A DNA stretch of 63,533 bases, filler included, from Sphacelaria rigidula (taxonomy: Eukaryota): NCBI GenBank assembly GCA_964200075.2. It is 8 parts of 8 records of this genome, joined end to end, with 100 filler letters (N's around TTAATTAATTAA, not from the genome) between each part and the next. Parts side by side here need not be neighbours in the genome. Positions count along the whole stretch, not along the records: positions 1 to 7,856 come from CAXNAA020013215.1; positions 7,957 to 15,811 come from CAXNAA020013216.1; 6 more parts are not named here. One strand, 5' to 3'. The translations under genes and the position numbers were made by a program. The notes under the pieces are model-generated. The model did not search any database. It was not told the origin of the DNA and worked only from the letters and a program-made list of their open reading frames with translations. This document shows positions 1 to 12,469 of the stretch, one piece after another. The first letter of the stretch is position 1; each line of letters starts with the position of its first letter.

Positions 1-3000
1 AGTCTCTCGAGAGTTTGGTAATCACCGAGCGGGGACACACAAAGGGCACGGGGGAGGAGCTTCCTCTCTGTGCTTCTCTCTCTGGTGATATCGTCATCGA
101 CAGGCGTGCACACTGCATTTCGTTGGGTGCACCTAGCCAGAGTTGCTTAACCCTTGGACCGCGGTGCCCGTAGTCCATCTGGACCACGCGTGTACTTTTT
201 CCAAGTGAATAGTGATGCCGATTCAGCAGGTGACCTACTCTCGCGGTCTGACGGTCAAGTCCTCTTGCGGAGTTTGGGGGGGAAAGATACCTTCGCTCTG
301 TGTTACTCTTTCGTATCTTCCCTGCAAGAGAAAAATGTGACTTCAGCCCCATTTTAGTGTTGAACCCCAAAATTTTGAATCGGCTGTTATAGGGTCTTGC
401 TATTCACGTCAGCGTTGACGTAAATTGATACATCCGCCAGCTTTGACGTACTCTGTTACACCCGCCAGCCTTGACGTAATCTGTTACATCCGTCAGCGTT
501 CAGCATCAGTCCCACAAGCCCCGCATGGACACAGAAACATATGGGAAACCCTCACACAGTCTTTAGCTATTGTTCTAGCCATCGCACGGAGTAAACGGAC
601 CCGTAGCGGATGAGATACGTGCTTAGCTGTCACAACGCTGTGCTACACACAATGTGCTGATCACAGATAAGTGATCGAAAAGGCCGCAAGCTTCGAATAG
701 GCAAGCCCAGACGCCGGTCGACACAACATGAAGTTGTTACCGTGATAGCTGAGGTCATGGGCTGGGTATAGGCAGCGGGAAGACTTGATTCGTATCCGTA
801 CTTTTCACAGCGGCAGCTTTGGAGACTGAAGGTGAGCCCGACATCGCGGCAAGCGGGGGGCACTGCTGGCTCATATTAGCATGTGTGTTGTTCTTGCTGC
901 TTGGCGCAGTTTATAGCCAGTGAGACAATGTGAGCACAGAATTCGTCAGTCACAGATGCAGGGGCTACCCACGCGTGGTTTGGCCTATACTGCACACGAA
1001 TCATAGGCCTGTCATGGGATTGTTTATACATTCCTCCACGTGGTCAAAGCACAGTAGCACTGTACTGTGTTCACGCATCACCCATGTTGCACGTGTGGAG
1101 ACTACAATCGGTAGATTATGTGCCGATTGGCGTGTAACGTATGCGGAGAGATACTCGCACACCTGCATCTGTTGAGCAGATATCTATCTATGCCCTATGC
1201 TCGAGCTAACTTCTTGTCTACCTTCCTGCTTTGTCTGAATTCTGTATCGTCTCGAGAAGCACCACCCTACCCAGGCATTGAGTAGCCTGCAGAGCTTTGC
1301 ACACTTGAGAGTTGTAACAAACCTCAAAACGGAGCCGGCGCGCAAGCCGCGCAGCCAAGTCTGCTGCCAGCACAAAGTGTTGGTGAAGGTCGGACTATGG
1401 CCTAATAGCACCGTCACGCCGTGCTTTTCAGCCGAAGAAGCGTGCACTTCACAGGGTGTAGCCTGCACTGTAGGTAGTAGCCTCACAATTTTCGCCAGTC
1501 TTTGAGATGAGAGACGAGGGGGTTTTAACATTTCTATCCTCGGGTCTTCCACGCAAGACAAGTCATGACCGGGAGAGATGAGCCATAAAGGTTCCCATAT
1601 TCAGCTGTTTCACTCGAATACGCGAGCAGGTACATCATGGGAGTGGAATGTTGAGGAACAGAAATTCCGTAATCAATGAACGACATAGGCTATCCCATTC
1701 CACCGCATTTCCTCCCAAGACTTCAGCAAAGTTCTGGGTGCGCAAGCTCCTGCAGTTTAAGCCATGTCAGAGAGCCTCGAATCTTTTTCTCTTCTGACCT
1801 CGTCTGTACCTTCTCTTATCGTTTTATCTTCAATGCAAAAGGATTCGTCCGTCATACCTGGACGTTTTGCTTCTATCACTTTCAGTCAAGGAGTATTTCG
1901 TCGCCAATTCTGTAAGACTTATCTGTCAGGTTCTTGTGTTTTCCCGAGATATATTCACGGAGCATGCACAGACGGCTGGCTCAGTAGAGTTTTTTTTTAT
2001 GGATTGGCCAACGAAGTGTACAGCATATTCCCGACGCTACCGTGAGAATATGCTGGCCAATATCAACACATACTCAACAGTGGGCGAAACGACGGTACCA
2101 TAAGAAGACGCCGACTCGAGTTCATTTTATTTGTTTACAAGAAAACAAGTACATGCGTATGGTCTTCACCGCCGCATTGTGCACAGAAAAGACGACTGAG
2201 CTCCGATCGGAACTTCATACCGAGGCGTGAAGGAAAGCTGAGACGGACAAGAGCGGCCGATTAATATCAAAATCAAGCAGCGACAAGGTATACCGGAAGC
2301 AAACGATTCACCAACGCATATGCGAAGCGCAACCACTTCGTCTCCTGCAGCTCCTGCTGCCGACATTTTCGCGGCAAATATTAGACACGTACGGCAAATC
2401 AAGCGTGGAAGTATAGAGTCATAGTGGAAGGGAAAAAACGGGGCTGTAGAGTGCTTGTTTTGGCACTGCGCAGTCGCAAAACAAACAGGGGCAAATTAAG
2501 CAGTGCACAGTCCCATTTTTTCCCCTCCCACTATGACTCTATACTGCCAATTTTGGGTTTCCCAACCTCTCAACTGTCAAACTCTACTTCAAGTGCTGCA
2601 TTGGGATCTTCTTCCCCACACGTGGTGCAGTACACGTGGCCAACGCACTCCCTACGCGTGAAATGTCGACAACACATCATACACCGTGACACACTGCGTA
2701 GTAGGTCACCGGGAATCGCTCCCTCCCGTAATACTTTTACCAACAAACATAGTTGCAGGTCGGCTTTAGTCAATGCCAGTAGCACGGGCAGGAGGTCGGG
2801 TGAACAGTACAACCGTTACCCCCACCATTAACCTCGCCACATCCACCGTGATACACCGTCTACGGGTCCTGCCAGTACTGACTTACCAAGCGGGGCACCG
2901 ACAGCAAATATCAATTTTTCAATAAGAAGCTCGAAGAGAACATCGGCAACCCAGGGCGCGCGGGTCGATCATGCCACAACCGTCCCAGGGTGCACTTTTG

Positions 3001-4169
3001 CGGTCAACGATCATGGGACGGAGGTCTTCGAGCGCTTGCTGGGCCGGGATCCTCGCGTCTCCATCGAGTCTCTGTGGCGTTTGGTGCGCTTGGAATTGTC
3101 CCCCCGCTGCTGAGGATTGGACGCTCTCTCCTCCTTGACATTGACGCTGCCCTTCACCTTACTCCTGCCCACCTCACGTGTACTAAACTTCGGTTGTGTT
3201 GCCCGATCCCTGCGGGCGAACGTTTTGTGGGGGCTTTGCCGGGTTGCCTGGCCCGGGTGCACCCTTCGCCATATGGATTAGAGTAGACCCGTATCCCGCC
3301 ATTTGCGTTTGGATCGACAACGCCTCTGCTGGCGATGATACGGAACTAACGATGGTGTTTGCTTCCTCCTTGAAGCGCGCCATCATTGTGGCGAAGATGC
3401 GCCGTTGATCGGCTTCCACTCTGGCGTTTCGTTTCGACTCGGCTGGCTCTGGGGGATGCACCCCGTCAGCACTGTTGTCAAGGGTAGGTCCTCAACCACC
3501 GCCGTTGCCACCGTCGCGAACTCCGCCCCAGCCTTCACCATACCCCGACGACCGGAGCATCTGCTTCACGCTCCATGGAGCGTCCTGGCCATCGGTTCGC
3601 TCCCGCCAACGGTTGTGAACACACGTCCTGTCGAACGGGTGTTGGACTTCGCCACCCGCGTCCACCGCTTTTTCCAAGAGTTGCGGCAAGACGGCGAAGT
3701 AGTGCTTGCATGGCAGTCCATGGCGCAGAAGCTGCAGGCAAGAACAGAGGTGAAATTTGCCGGGGCCAAAAACGACGAGATGGCTCGGGCGCGACGCCCG
3801 AGTTGTGAGCTTGTACTGTACTATCCCGACGGCCCCAGCGGGGACGTCAGCAATCACGTTCAAAAATGCCACCCAGAGAAGTGCGCGCCCACATGCTGGC
3901 GTCCGACGCGCCGTGAAAGTCATTTTCCAGGTCCGTTAAATCTGGCGCCTCTTGCAAGATCTTTGCTCGGGGGTTCACCGACGACAAGCGGCGAACATAG
4001 GTAACACTGACAGGGATCGGTCTACCGTCGGCATCCCTTGGCCCTCGTGCGATGCTGGCATTGTAAGCCTCACACCCGTTCGAGAACTCCACTCGGAGCT
4101 CCCGCATGGGCGAAAATAGAGCACAAGCCGGTCATTTCAATCGCACAACCCGACGTGATATCCTGAGCG

Positions 4170-4642
4170 TTGTCAGACCGACGTTTATGCACCGGACTCT
4201 GGATTTGTACGACTTCACGATTTGAGCAACAGTATCAGGCGATTTCCTCACGCGGACTGATTTTTCGGAACCCAGCCCGTTGGGCAATGCTTTTCGGCTA
4301 GCTGTGAGCAAGCCAGATGAGTTATCCGATTCCCTCGACGTTGACTTTGATGTATCACGTTCCTGAAAAAAAACGGGCAACTCTAGGATCTCGACGGCAT
4401 CTCCGTCAATCTCGCGGCGGCGAGATCGTAGAGTGCCTGGTTTTTTTCGGAAAGGTCATACATCAAAGTCGACGAGTAGGGAATCGGAGAATTGATCTGG
4501 CTTGCTCACAGATAGCCGAAAAACGTTGCCCAACGGACTGGGGTCTGAAAGCTCAATCCGCGAGAGGAAATCACCTGATATTGTTGCTGAAATCGTCCAC
4601 TCGTACAAGTCCACATTCCAGTGCATAAAGGTCGGTCTTGGA
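4170..4642. repeat. Long imperfect inverted repeat (foldback) inside the MULE relic
   Basis: Arm ~4170-4400 is the reverse complement of ~4415-4642 (e.g. CAGCCCGTTGGGCAATGCTTTTCGGCTAGCTGTGAGCAAGCCAGAT vs ATCTGGCTTGCTCACAGATAGCCGAAAAACGTTGCCCAACGGACTG). The ORF track shows mirrored peptides on the two strands. Confidence 0.9.
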
Positions 4643-6539
4643 GGCAACCGCCGACAGCATTTCTTCCTGAAAGCGACAAGCATAGAATATCTGACGCCAA
4701 GACCCGCGGTGTACACAGCCTAATCATGGTGTGCTACGTACGGGACACTCCGAGTCGATACCACGTAAGTCAGTACTGACCTTCTCGCAGTAACTACTCG
4801 CCCCGGCGGCCCGCAGACTGTCCCGAATGGGTCGGAACATCTTCTCCAGGCCCTTCACAGCGAATGTTCTCCCGGCATCGATACGGCGGGACGATAGTCT
4901 GTCGGACATCCGAAAGACCAAGTGCCGTGAGACTCGACAGACACGAATCTACCAGGATTTGCATGCCCATGGAACGAGACTACAATGACTTGCACTAGTC
5001 AAGCTACAGGGAATCATCACCGGATGGAGAGGCTGACCAGCCCGTTGATTAATGAATTGTCCCCAACCTCAAGCCGATTGCGAGTGGGAGTGAGTTTCTG
5101 AAATTCGCCGGCCACGAAGACACATCACGGTTGCTGTTCACGCACAACATTAAGGATCGAGACACGCGACCATCTAACACGAGTTAGTGAAATAGGCGGC
5201 TCCAAGGTAATCCAAGATTGGCTACTATTTCAAACAAGACCACCGCTTGCCCGAGATCCTAGGCGACCCTCATCTCGTGAATTGGGATGGTGCATGAGCG
5301 TGCAGCGCGTCACCTCTCGGTCTCCATCAACAGGCGCGTTTCCAAGTGACGAAGGTTGTCCCAAAGGGAGCACAGTGACAGGCCCCTGTGGATGCCAGTT
5401 TGTTTTGCCATCCCGAACAGACCCTCCGTTCGCTGCGTCGCAACCATATGCAGGGTAAGATGTGTCGGCCGGCAGGATTTTTCTTTTTTCTTTCTTCCCG
5501 AGATGGAGAGGCCGGTCAGTGGATACAACACACGGCGCCGGATGGAGGGTCGGGTTAAGTTGTATTCCAACTTGTACCCACGAACGACCACCGATAGACA
5601 CGGATGTATGCAATTTGCGGCGTGGAGGCCATGGTCGTGGAAATGAGACCCACTTTGGGGGTTTCTGCCACTTGTGCTATGTACTCACGCGAACATGTCG
5701 GCGATGCAACCCTCGCACTCGGTCCCCTTGGTCATTCTCTCCACCTCATGCTGGAAGCGACCGAATACCTGACGCAATACAGGGGCAGAGGGGATTTTTC
5801 CCGAGTGAGATCGCTCAGCTCCTGCCCGTTACCGTTGTTTTGATGAGATTCGCGTACAACCAAGATGATACTCCGCCAGCACGTGCGCCCATCGACGTAC
5901 ACTTTGAGGGACACGCCGACAGTGTTTGGGACGAATACCACATACCATCCCTCACCTCGGGAGTGACTGCGTAGGCTGCGCACGATAATTCGTGCATGGA
6001 TGCTGATCGATCACTTTCGCTCAGCGGAGAAAAACAATTCTTCGGCACGTTTATGAAAATGTGCCATAAGCAATACAGGTAGAGCATGCTGGGCCAGGAC
6101 GTCTCCACCGCAGCCGTTATTGCCAGGTCCGCGTCTGACAGCACAACCTGTGCAGTAGCGAAAATTGATGAATATTGTCACCATATCCACCAACACGTCA
6201 GTCCATGTCAAGAGGGGCAACGGTCGCAAATAGTGCATCGGCGGAGAACAATTCTGGGAGCAGCAGAACTTCTCAGTCTCGAGAGTTGAAAAGTATGTTC
6301 ACATGGCGTGAAGGATACCTTGGGTCGGCGCCCACCACTCGCGCGGCAGCATTTGTCAAGAATCTACTCGAAAGTCTCGGTGCACTCAGACCGCAAGAGG
6401 CTGTACCCCAGGATGCAGCTGCGATTCTCGCTATCCACGCCGACCACAAAGAGAAGAGGGCATCCGTATCTGCGAACCACATTACACGTGGGGCAGTGAC
6501 GGCACTCATCATTGAACAACGAAAGTACGGATACAGAGG

Positions 6540-6689
6540 ACACTTTCTACGATAGCCCCCCCCCAAACCAGCTATAAGTGTCACGAAAAAAATGACCATA
6601 AAGCGCCTGATGTTCGGNNNNNNNNNNCGTGAAGATTTTGCTTCCCCAAACCGTGCACTTTTGGGGGGGGGGCTATCGTAGAAAGTGTC
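6540..6689. mobile_element. MITE with GACACTTTCTACGATAGCCCCCCCC terminal inverted repeats
   Basis: TIRs at 6540-6567 and 6660-6689, flanked by AGAG on both sides (4-bp TSD). Contains a 10-N gap. The same TIR occurs at 31860-31890 and 38400-38622. Confidence 0.8.
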
Positions 6690-7856
6690 AGAGACAGCAA
6701 GCGTGGAACAAATCCCGACATACCTTCTGATCTGCATACAAGAACCGTCGTATCCAACTGGATGCAACCTCCGTATGTTACGCACTTCTGTTGCTGCTCT
6801 GCTGTGGCCCACTATGCATCCACGAGTCTTCCTTCTGCATCCAGATTATATTCGCAGAACATACCAGGCTCGCTTTCGAGGATAGACAAGAATTCGGTCG
6901 CATCCTGTGGAGAGCAGTAGAAATCCTTCTGCACCTTCTGCATCATGTTGCGGACATGGAACGTGATCATCCCCCGCAAACATAGAAAGGGATAGGAAAA
7001 CGAATGACACGGTAAGGGGTGGACTGGACTCTCCCGAGTGATGCCGAGGATTGAACCGCCACTACTCATGAATGTTTCGCGACGCGAGAGAACAGATCCC
7101 ACACGCGCTTCCCGCCCCATCCTCTGTCACAGTAGTCCCCGCTTACCTTCTTCTTCCCATCTTTGCCGAGTAACAAACCCCCACTATCTGCTTCTAGTAA
7201 TTTTAAAATATCCCCGGCTCGGAGGCCACGTCTACAGTAGTGGATCACGTCGCACTAGGTACATGAAAGCGGGTGAGCTCGCCCCTTACTCACCAAATAA
7301 AAGCCCGTAAAACGGATCACGTCAGCCTCGCGCTTATCAAGATCGAGTTCCGCCTGCAGGCCACAAGCAGGAATCCATGCACACGAGGGCGGCGTGAGAC
7401 GAACGCGGTATACCACAGATATAGTCGCCCGAGACACCATGCGGCGGAATTGCGCGGCATCGATGCAGGCGCAATGTGCGTATCGAAGAGTGAAGCGTTT
7501 GGCAAGCTGCATACAACCTGATACTTTTCTCGCGCCCGTGACTTCAGCGCCCTCTCGGCCCGACTCTTTTCCCTCTTCGTTTCCGCCTTCTCGCGAGCCC
7601 ACGAACTGCTGCGCGAAAACCCCCGGCGCAGACATATGCCACACCTGCCGCACGAACATCAACCGTGCGGTGTCCGTCGAGTCGAGAGATGACCCGTCGT
7701 CCACTCCGGGAGACACGGTCCACCCGGAGGTTGTCAGATCTTCCCTGACTTCCGTGCTGTAGCAGGGCCAGGCTCCATAAAAATCATATTGATCACCGAG
7801 GAACAACTCCAAACAACAAATTGTGAGAATTGAGGTTTAACTTCGAGATGAGGCTC

Positions 7857-7956
7857 NNNNNNNNNNNNNNNNNNNNNNNNNNNNNNNNNNNNNNNNNNNN
7901 TTAATTAATTAANNNNNNNNNNNNNNNNNNNNNNNNNNNNNNNNNNNNNNNNNNNN
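7857..7956. other. Artificial contig linker 44N-TTAATTAATTAA-44N (also 15812-15911, 23766-23865, 31720-31819, 39674-39773, 47628-47727, 55581-55680)
   Basis: Seven identical 100-nt spacers with stop codons in all six frames. Intervening segment lengths decrease monotonically from 7856 to 7853 bp. Confidence 0.97.
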
Positions 7957-8005
7957 TGTCAATGGTCAAACGACTAAGGCAAGCAACAAATGAGTACGCC
8001 CCCTC
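7957..8005 (-). repeat. Dispersed ~80-bp repeat 'GGGGGCGTACTCATTTGTTGCTTGCCTTAGTCGTTTGACCATTGAC' (partial copy)
   Basis: Related copies at 15005-15078 (-), 31512-31590 (+) and two tandem copies at 55681-55835 (+). Confidence 0.8.
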
Positions 8006-8358
8006 CCCCCCCCTCCCCCCCCCTCGCGGCGGTCGTAAGATTTTTTGTCTTTCACATAAAAAAACACTCAACAAATAGCCTGTTTGGGGCGACTTGGGTG
8101 ACGTACCGCCCATGATTGTTGGTCCTGTCTGCCACCACAAGATGCGACGCACATTGGACGCAAATTGGCGGTGCAGATAGATGCGTTCAGGTTGATTGAG
8201 CAAGCAGTGCAGATAATTGTGGTATTTGTCTGGTCTTGTTCTGGTCGTGGAAGTGCGATGTGCAATATATTGCCGAAACCCATAAATACAACTTGGATTC
8301 ACTTGACTCCGAAGATATGCCAAGAGTTAAAAGCTTCATGAACAAGAATTTCTATTTT

Positions 8359-8717
8359 TCATGCCTCGAACCCTTCTGACGGTTGGGTCGTGGGTTCAAC
8401 TCTCGGAGCGATCTGGGATCGGAGCGATCTGGGATTTTTTCTCACACCATGCCCAAGAGTGGAAAGCGATAATGTCGAGGGTACACAAAATTCGACTTCA
8501 AGGGTCGACGAGGGAAAGAGAGTGCTGAACTCCTCTCGCGATAAAAAATAAAGGCAAGCACCGCAGAAGGAAGGTGGAGTACTACAAACGAACAAAAAAG
8601 AAAAACTCCCGTCTTGACCTTCCTTCTGTGTGACCCCGGCTGGCGCGCCCACATATACCGACAGGTGTAGACCGGTGTCCAGAATAGATGGGACAACAAC
8701 AACACACACACGCACAC
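8359..8717 (+). mobile_element. tRNA-derived SINE, 5'-truncated copy
   Basis: Colinear with 9158-9511 (GGGTTCAACTCTCGG B-box-like motif, shared body, ...GTCCAGAATAGATGGGAC followed by a CA-rich tail). Confidence 0.75.
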
Positions 8718-9157
8718 ATGTACTTTTGCTTATTTATTTTTATTTATTTCATTGATTATTATTTTTATTATTATTCATCTTTGAGATTTAGTGACCCCCC
8801 CCCCCCCCCCCCAAAACCCCCCAATTTAAAAAAAAAAGACAGGGGTGGGGGGGGGGTTTTTGGGGGGCCCCCGCCCGGTGCCCNNNNNNNNNNTTATTTA
8901 TTTCCTTTATTATTATTTTTATTATTATTCATCTTTGAGATTTAGTGCCCCCCCCCCCCTCCCGAAAAACTCCAGGATTCAGAAAAGGAGCATTGGGTCT
9001 GGGGTTTGTTTTTGGGGGGCACCCTGGCTGTTGCCCATATTCAGGACTTGCGTTCAAGGTATAGGACGTTGCTGAACTCCCCAAATATCGAGAGGTATGT
9101 CCCCACACGTTCGGCACCAAGTCACGGGTGCATCCAGAGTATTTAGAGTAGCCGGTC

Positions 9158-9511
9158 GCCCCGGTGGCTCAGTTGGTAACTTCGAAACCTTCTAACGGTT
9201 GGGTGGTGGGTTCAAAACTCGGCGTGATCTGGGATTTTTTCTTACACAATGCCCAACAGTGGAGAGCGACTATGTCGTGGATACAAAAAAAAACGACTTC
9301 ACGGTCGACGAGGGAAAGGGACTGCTGAACCCCTCTTGCGATAAAACATGAAGGCAAGCACCGCAGAAGGAAGGTGAGGAACTTCAACAAACGAACTGAA
9401 AAACTCCCGTGTTGATCTTCCTCCTGTGAGACCCCAGCTGATGCATCCACATTTATCTAAAGGGGTAGACCGGCGTCCAGAATAGATGGGATGATAACAC
9501 ACACACACACA
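9158..9511 (+). mobile_element. tRNA-derived SINE, near full length
   Basis: tRNA-like head GCCCCGGTGGCTCAGTTGGTAA (A box) ... GGGTTCAAAACTCGGC (B-box-like), ~280-bp body and (CA)n tail. Other copies at 8359-8717, 15912-16101 and 47728-47800. Confidence 0.78.
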
Positions 9512-10329
9512 ACAGAAACTTTTTACTTTAGGTCCCTCGGACACAGAAAATGGCCTGGGGTTTACATCATTTAATTCAACGCAATAAATCTAATCTAACC
9601 CAGGATGAAGAGGAGGTACTGCCCCAAGAGACCTAGATGCCTCCAAGACTACGGCACTGGTTACGCCGAATCATGTGTTTTTGAAGGACACCATCGATAT
9701 AGGTACCTAAATACGCAATTATCTTTTGAACACACACCCGCACACGGTACTTCTCCCGGTACTGAAGGGTATTCCCTGTTGAAAAATTGGGGTTGGAAGT
9801 AATCATCATCAGGGGGTGGTATACACCGTAAACCGCTCGGCGGTGAGCACCTCTCTATCGCTATCGATCTCACCGTCCATAGCACCACGATCCCCGGCAA
9901 CGACAGTGTCCCACGAACAAGATTTACTAGAGATCGCCACCGTTTGTCCATAGGTCCCTAACATCGAACAGTACAATGGACTGTTAGTCTGTGGCCTCTG
10001 CTATCTGTTGTTGATTCCAACTCGGCTTCCGCAGCAGTGTCGTGCTACCCTTAATGTTGTGGTCATTATTATTGGTCAAATTATCATAAATTTCATTTCA
10101 ACGGACACTCCGAGTGTGAGGACGACAAGGGCTGGATGGCGTGTCGTGTGCAACTGTGTCGTTACTGCACACACAAACACACGCGCTGGAGGAGTGTTAT
10201 CCAACATTTGTCGCGAACCGGCTTTGTGCACACCTGGGGTGTAACCACTCCTCCCAGAAGAACACTGGCTGTAGGGTCTGCCAGAAACGGTTCATATACA
10301 AAATCATCATCTTTAAGTTGTGGGTGATG

Positions 10330-10635
10330 CGCGTACAGCCTGCAGGAGTTGGATAGAGCATGTACAATAGAACTCTGCTGTGCGTGGCTTACTGAGCTGG
10401 CGAAAGCGTATGACTCGGTCGCTGGCGAAAGCGTATGGCTCGGTCGACTCCACCCTCCCCTCGGCCATGCTTGCGTGAGCCAGGATGTCCGCATAGATGA
10501 AGGCGACTATTTCCCAATTCCACGACGTTATACGGGCTTGTGCACACGTTGAGTGGCGTTCTGCACACATGGACGAGCTGAAGTCACCGGACTGGTTCGA
10601 AATCTAACAGGGCCCCGACAAGGATGCGTGTCGGC
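10330..10635 (+). mobile_element. RTE-type LINE reverse transcriptase fragment (decayed)
   Basis: Translates 'LAKAYDSV', then 'KAYGSVDSTL...ISQFHDVIRAC...DWFEI*QGPRQGCV', matching non-LTR RT motifs KAYDSV and QGLRQGC. Contains stops and a short tandem duplication at ~10395-10446. Confidence 0.75.
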
Positions 10636-11399
10636 CGCTGTCACACAGTACTTGAACTATATCCTGCTGCATCTACCATTTCCTTTATCGCTATCTTGAG
10701 CACGCAAAAAGTAGACATTCCCCCGACATGAAACGAAGTTCAGTAATACGCTGCGAGTTACGTGTAGGAAAAGGAAGGGTAGTACACTATACCAAGGGGG
10801 AAAAATAAGGGGGGCGAAGGATCACCACTGAGTGAAGAGGCAGAGGAAGATCAGCCGCACTGCTGGGGCCACGGTATTCCGTGGAGTGGAAGTGGGTAAT
10901 TGTGGTAATCATCCCCGCCCTGCCCCTTACTTGATGATGTAGATAGCACCATAGCGCTCGGTGAGGGGACCTATTATGCCCCCCGGCACCCTGGAGTTGC
11001 TTGACGGAATGGCCAGCGATATCTCCATCGCTATACGTAGCGCAACGGCAGCCCGATGATTCTGTGGTGCCCGTTTACGACGACGGGGTATGTACTATGT
11101 ACAGGGGATAATCAATCGTGGTTGTGGTGGGTGGTGGGTGATTGGAAGTTGAAACTCTAGAAAAAAGCGGACAATTTGACAATTTCTCGGACGGTCAAAA
11201 CGATCCCCAAAAGATTCTCAACGTATACAGACAACAGGGTTGTGTTGTCACACGCGGCTATTTGGCCATCCCCAAAATTCCTCCAGTTGGGTGAACTTTT
11301 GGAGCCTCCAGAGGAATGAAACGCTCCCGGAAGGGTGCGCGGCCCTCCCGAGGGGATGTTTTGGTTTCCTCCTAAGGGTCTGTCGAGCTAAACATTTCG

Positions 11400-11665
11400 G
11401 ACACGGAGCGCCGTCCCCCGTAGGGCATTTAAAAAAAATTATCATGATATTTTTCTTTTTGATATCGTTGAAAGAAATTGATCAACAAACACTGACAAAA
11501 ACGAAAAGTCTGGCGGTCTTCGCGAGGTTCGTATATTATTTGCTTCTGCTCCTTGCCCGCCCTGTCCCGATGACCTCGGATGCCGGCAAAGATCACACAT
11601 ACATATGTACGATACACGAGCGCACGGGAGCAACAGCCTGTAGCCAAAGTAGCAACATTATACTT
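11400..11665. repeat. Dispersed repeat; inverted-orientation copy at 19740-19960
   Basis: AACACTGACAAAAACGAAAAGTCTG...CAGCCTGTAGCCAAAGTAGCAAC matches the reverse complement of GTTGCTACTTTGGCTACAGGCTG...CAGACTTTTCGGTTTTTGTCAGTGTT. Confidence 0.8.
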
Positions 11666-12469
11666 CCTCTGTGCCATAAGTAAAGGTCCTTATGTTTACA
11701 CAGACCTTTAGCGGTGTCCGATGCCGCCGGCGACCATTTTTTAAAAATCTTTGGAGTTTTTTTTGCTATAGTCCTTTCGTATTTTTGCACGCACCACCCC
11801 GCGTGCATGAGCGGCCGAGGAAAAAACAGTCGGCCTAAAAAAGGCCGTATTTTGCAGGTATTTTGCCCCCCTCCAGGGCGGGGCACTGACAAGTACAAGA
11901 GGAAAAAAGCAAGAATTATCCCTGACCCCAAACCTACCCCCCCCCCCTCTACTCAACGACCCATGACGCGCCCTCATACTGAAAGCAGTATACTTGTGAA
12001 CCCCCCCACTAAAACCAAGGCAATTCTCATGATAGTTCTCAAATATATCCCAGAAAACCCGCCAAAATTCCCAATATTCGACACACTATTTCTCAGTAAT
12101 TACGAATCGGATTCAACTTTTTTTTTTCTAGAGGTATCCTCAAATCCATAGCTTTTCAACAAGCCTATCGGTAGTATCGTGAGTGACTAGGTTGGCGAGA
12201 TATGATTTGTACCCCATAAAGACCTTTACTTAAGGCACAGAGGAAGTACCACGCCCCGCCAAATTTGCCCGGAGTAGTGGTAGGTAGTTGAGGCACACCA
12301 CCCGGAACATGACCCCATGGATGTAATCATGGTGAGTGATCTACGCGGCGAACGTTGGGCCGAATCAGTCTACCCCGCTTACTCATGCGCACGGGTTCTT
12401 CCACGTTTCTACCCAGTGTCTCGCTACTGTTACTACCTACCCGCCGCCTTTTGCTACCCCCTCCCGCTT

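Larger units (their letters stand above)
2830..7812 (-). pseudogene. Decayed, intron-containing Mutator/MULE transposase with SWIM zinc finger (element ends not defined)
   Basis: Minus-strand translation gives MULE motifs in order: 'YNLDAEGRLVDA*WATAEQQQKCVTYGGCIQLDTT' (~6850-6735, first catalytic D); exon 6469-6319 'RYGCPLLFVVGVDSENRSCILGYSLLRSECTETFE*ILDK...RPK'; exon from 6147 'VVLSDADLAITAAVETSWPSMLYLYCLWHI' (second D and CxxH); 'MVATQRTEGLFGMAK' (~5450-5400, catalytic E); SWIM 'CSCLQLLRHGLPCKH' (~3745-3700). In-frame stops and frameshifts are present. Confidence 0.88.

Noticed and set aside
7901-7912. TTAATTAATTAA recurring with ~7954-bp periodicity as a biological repeat or array
   Set aside because: It is an assembly spacer embedded in N runs.
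8720-9030. Direct duplication around the 10-N gap with long homopolymers
   Set aside because: Looks like low-quality read ends overlapping across a scaffold gap.
9158-9232. tRNA gene
   Set aside because: A and B boxes are present but there is no convincing cloverleaf, and it is fused to a repeated SINE body.
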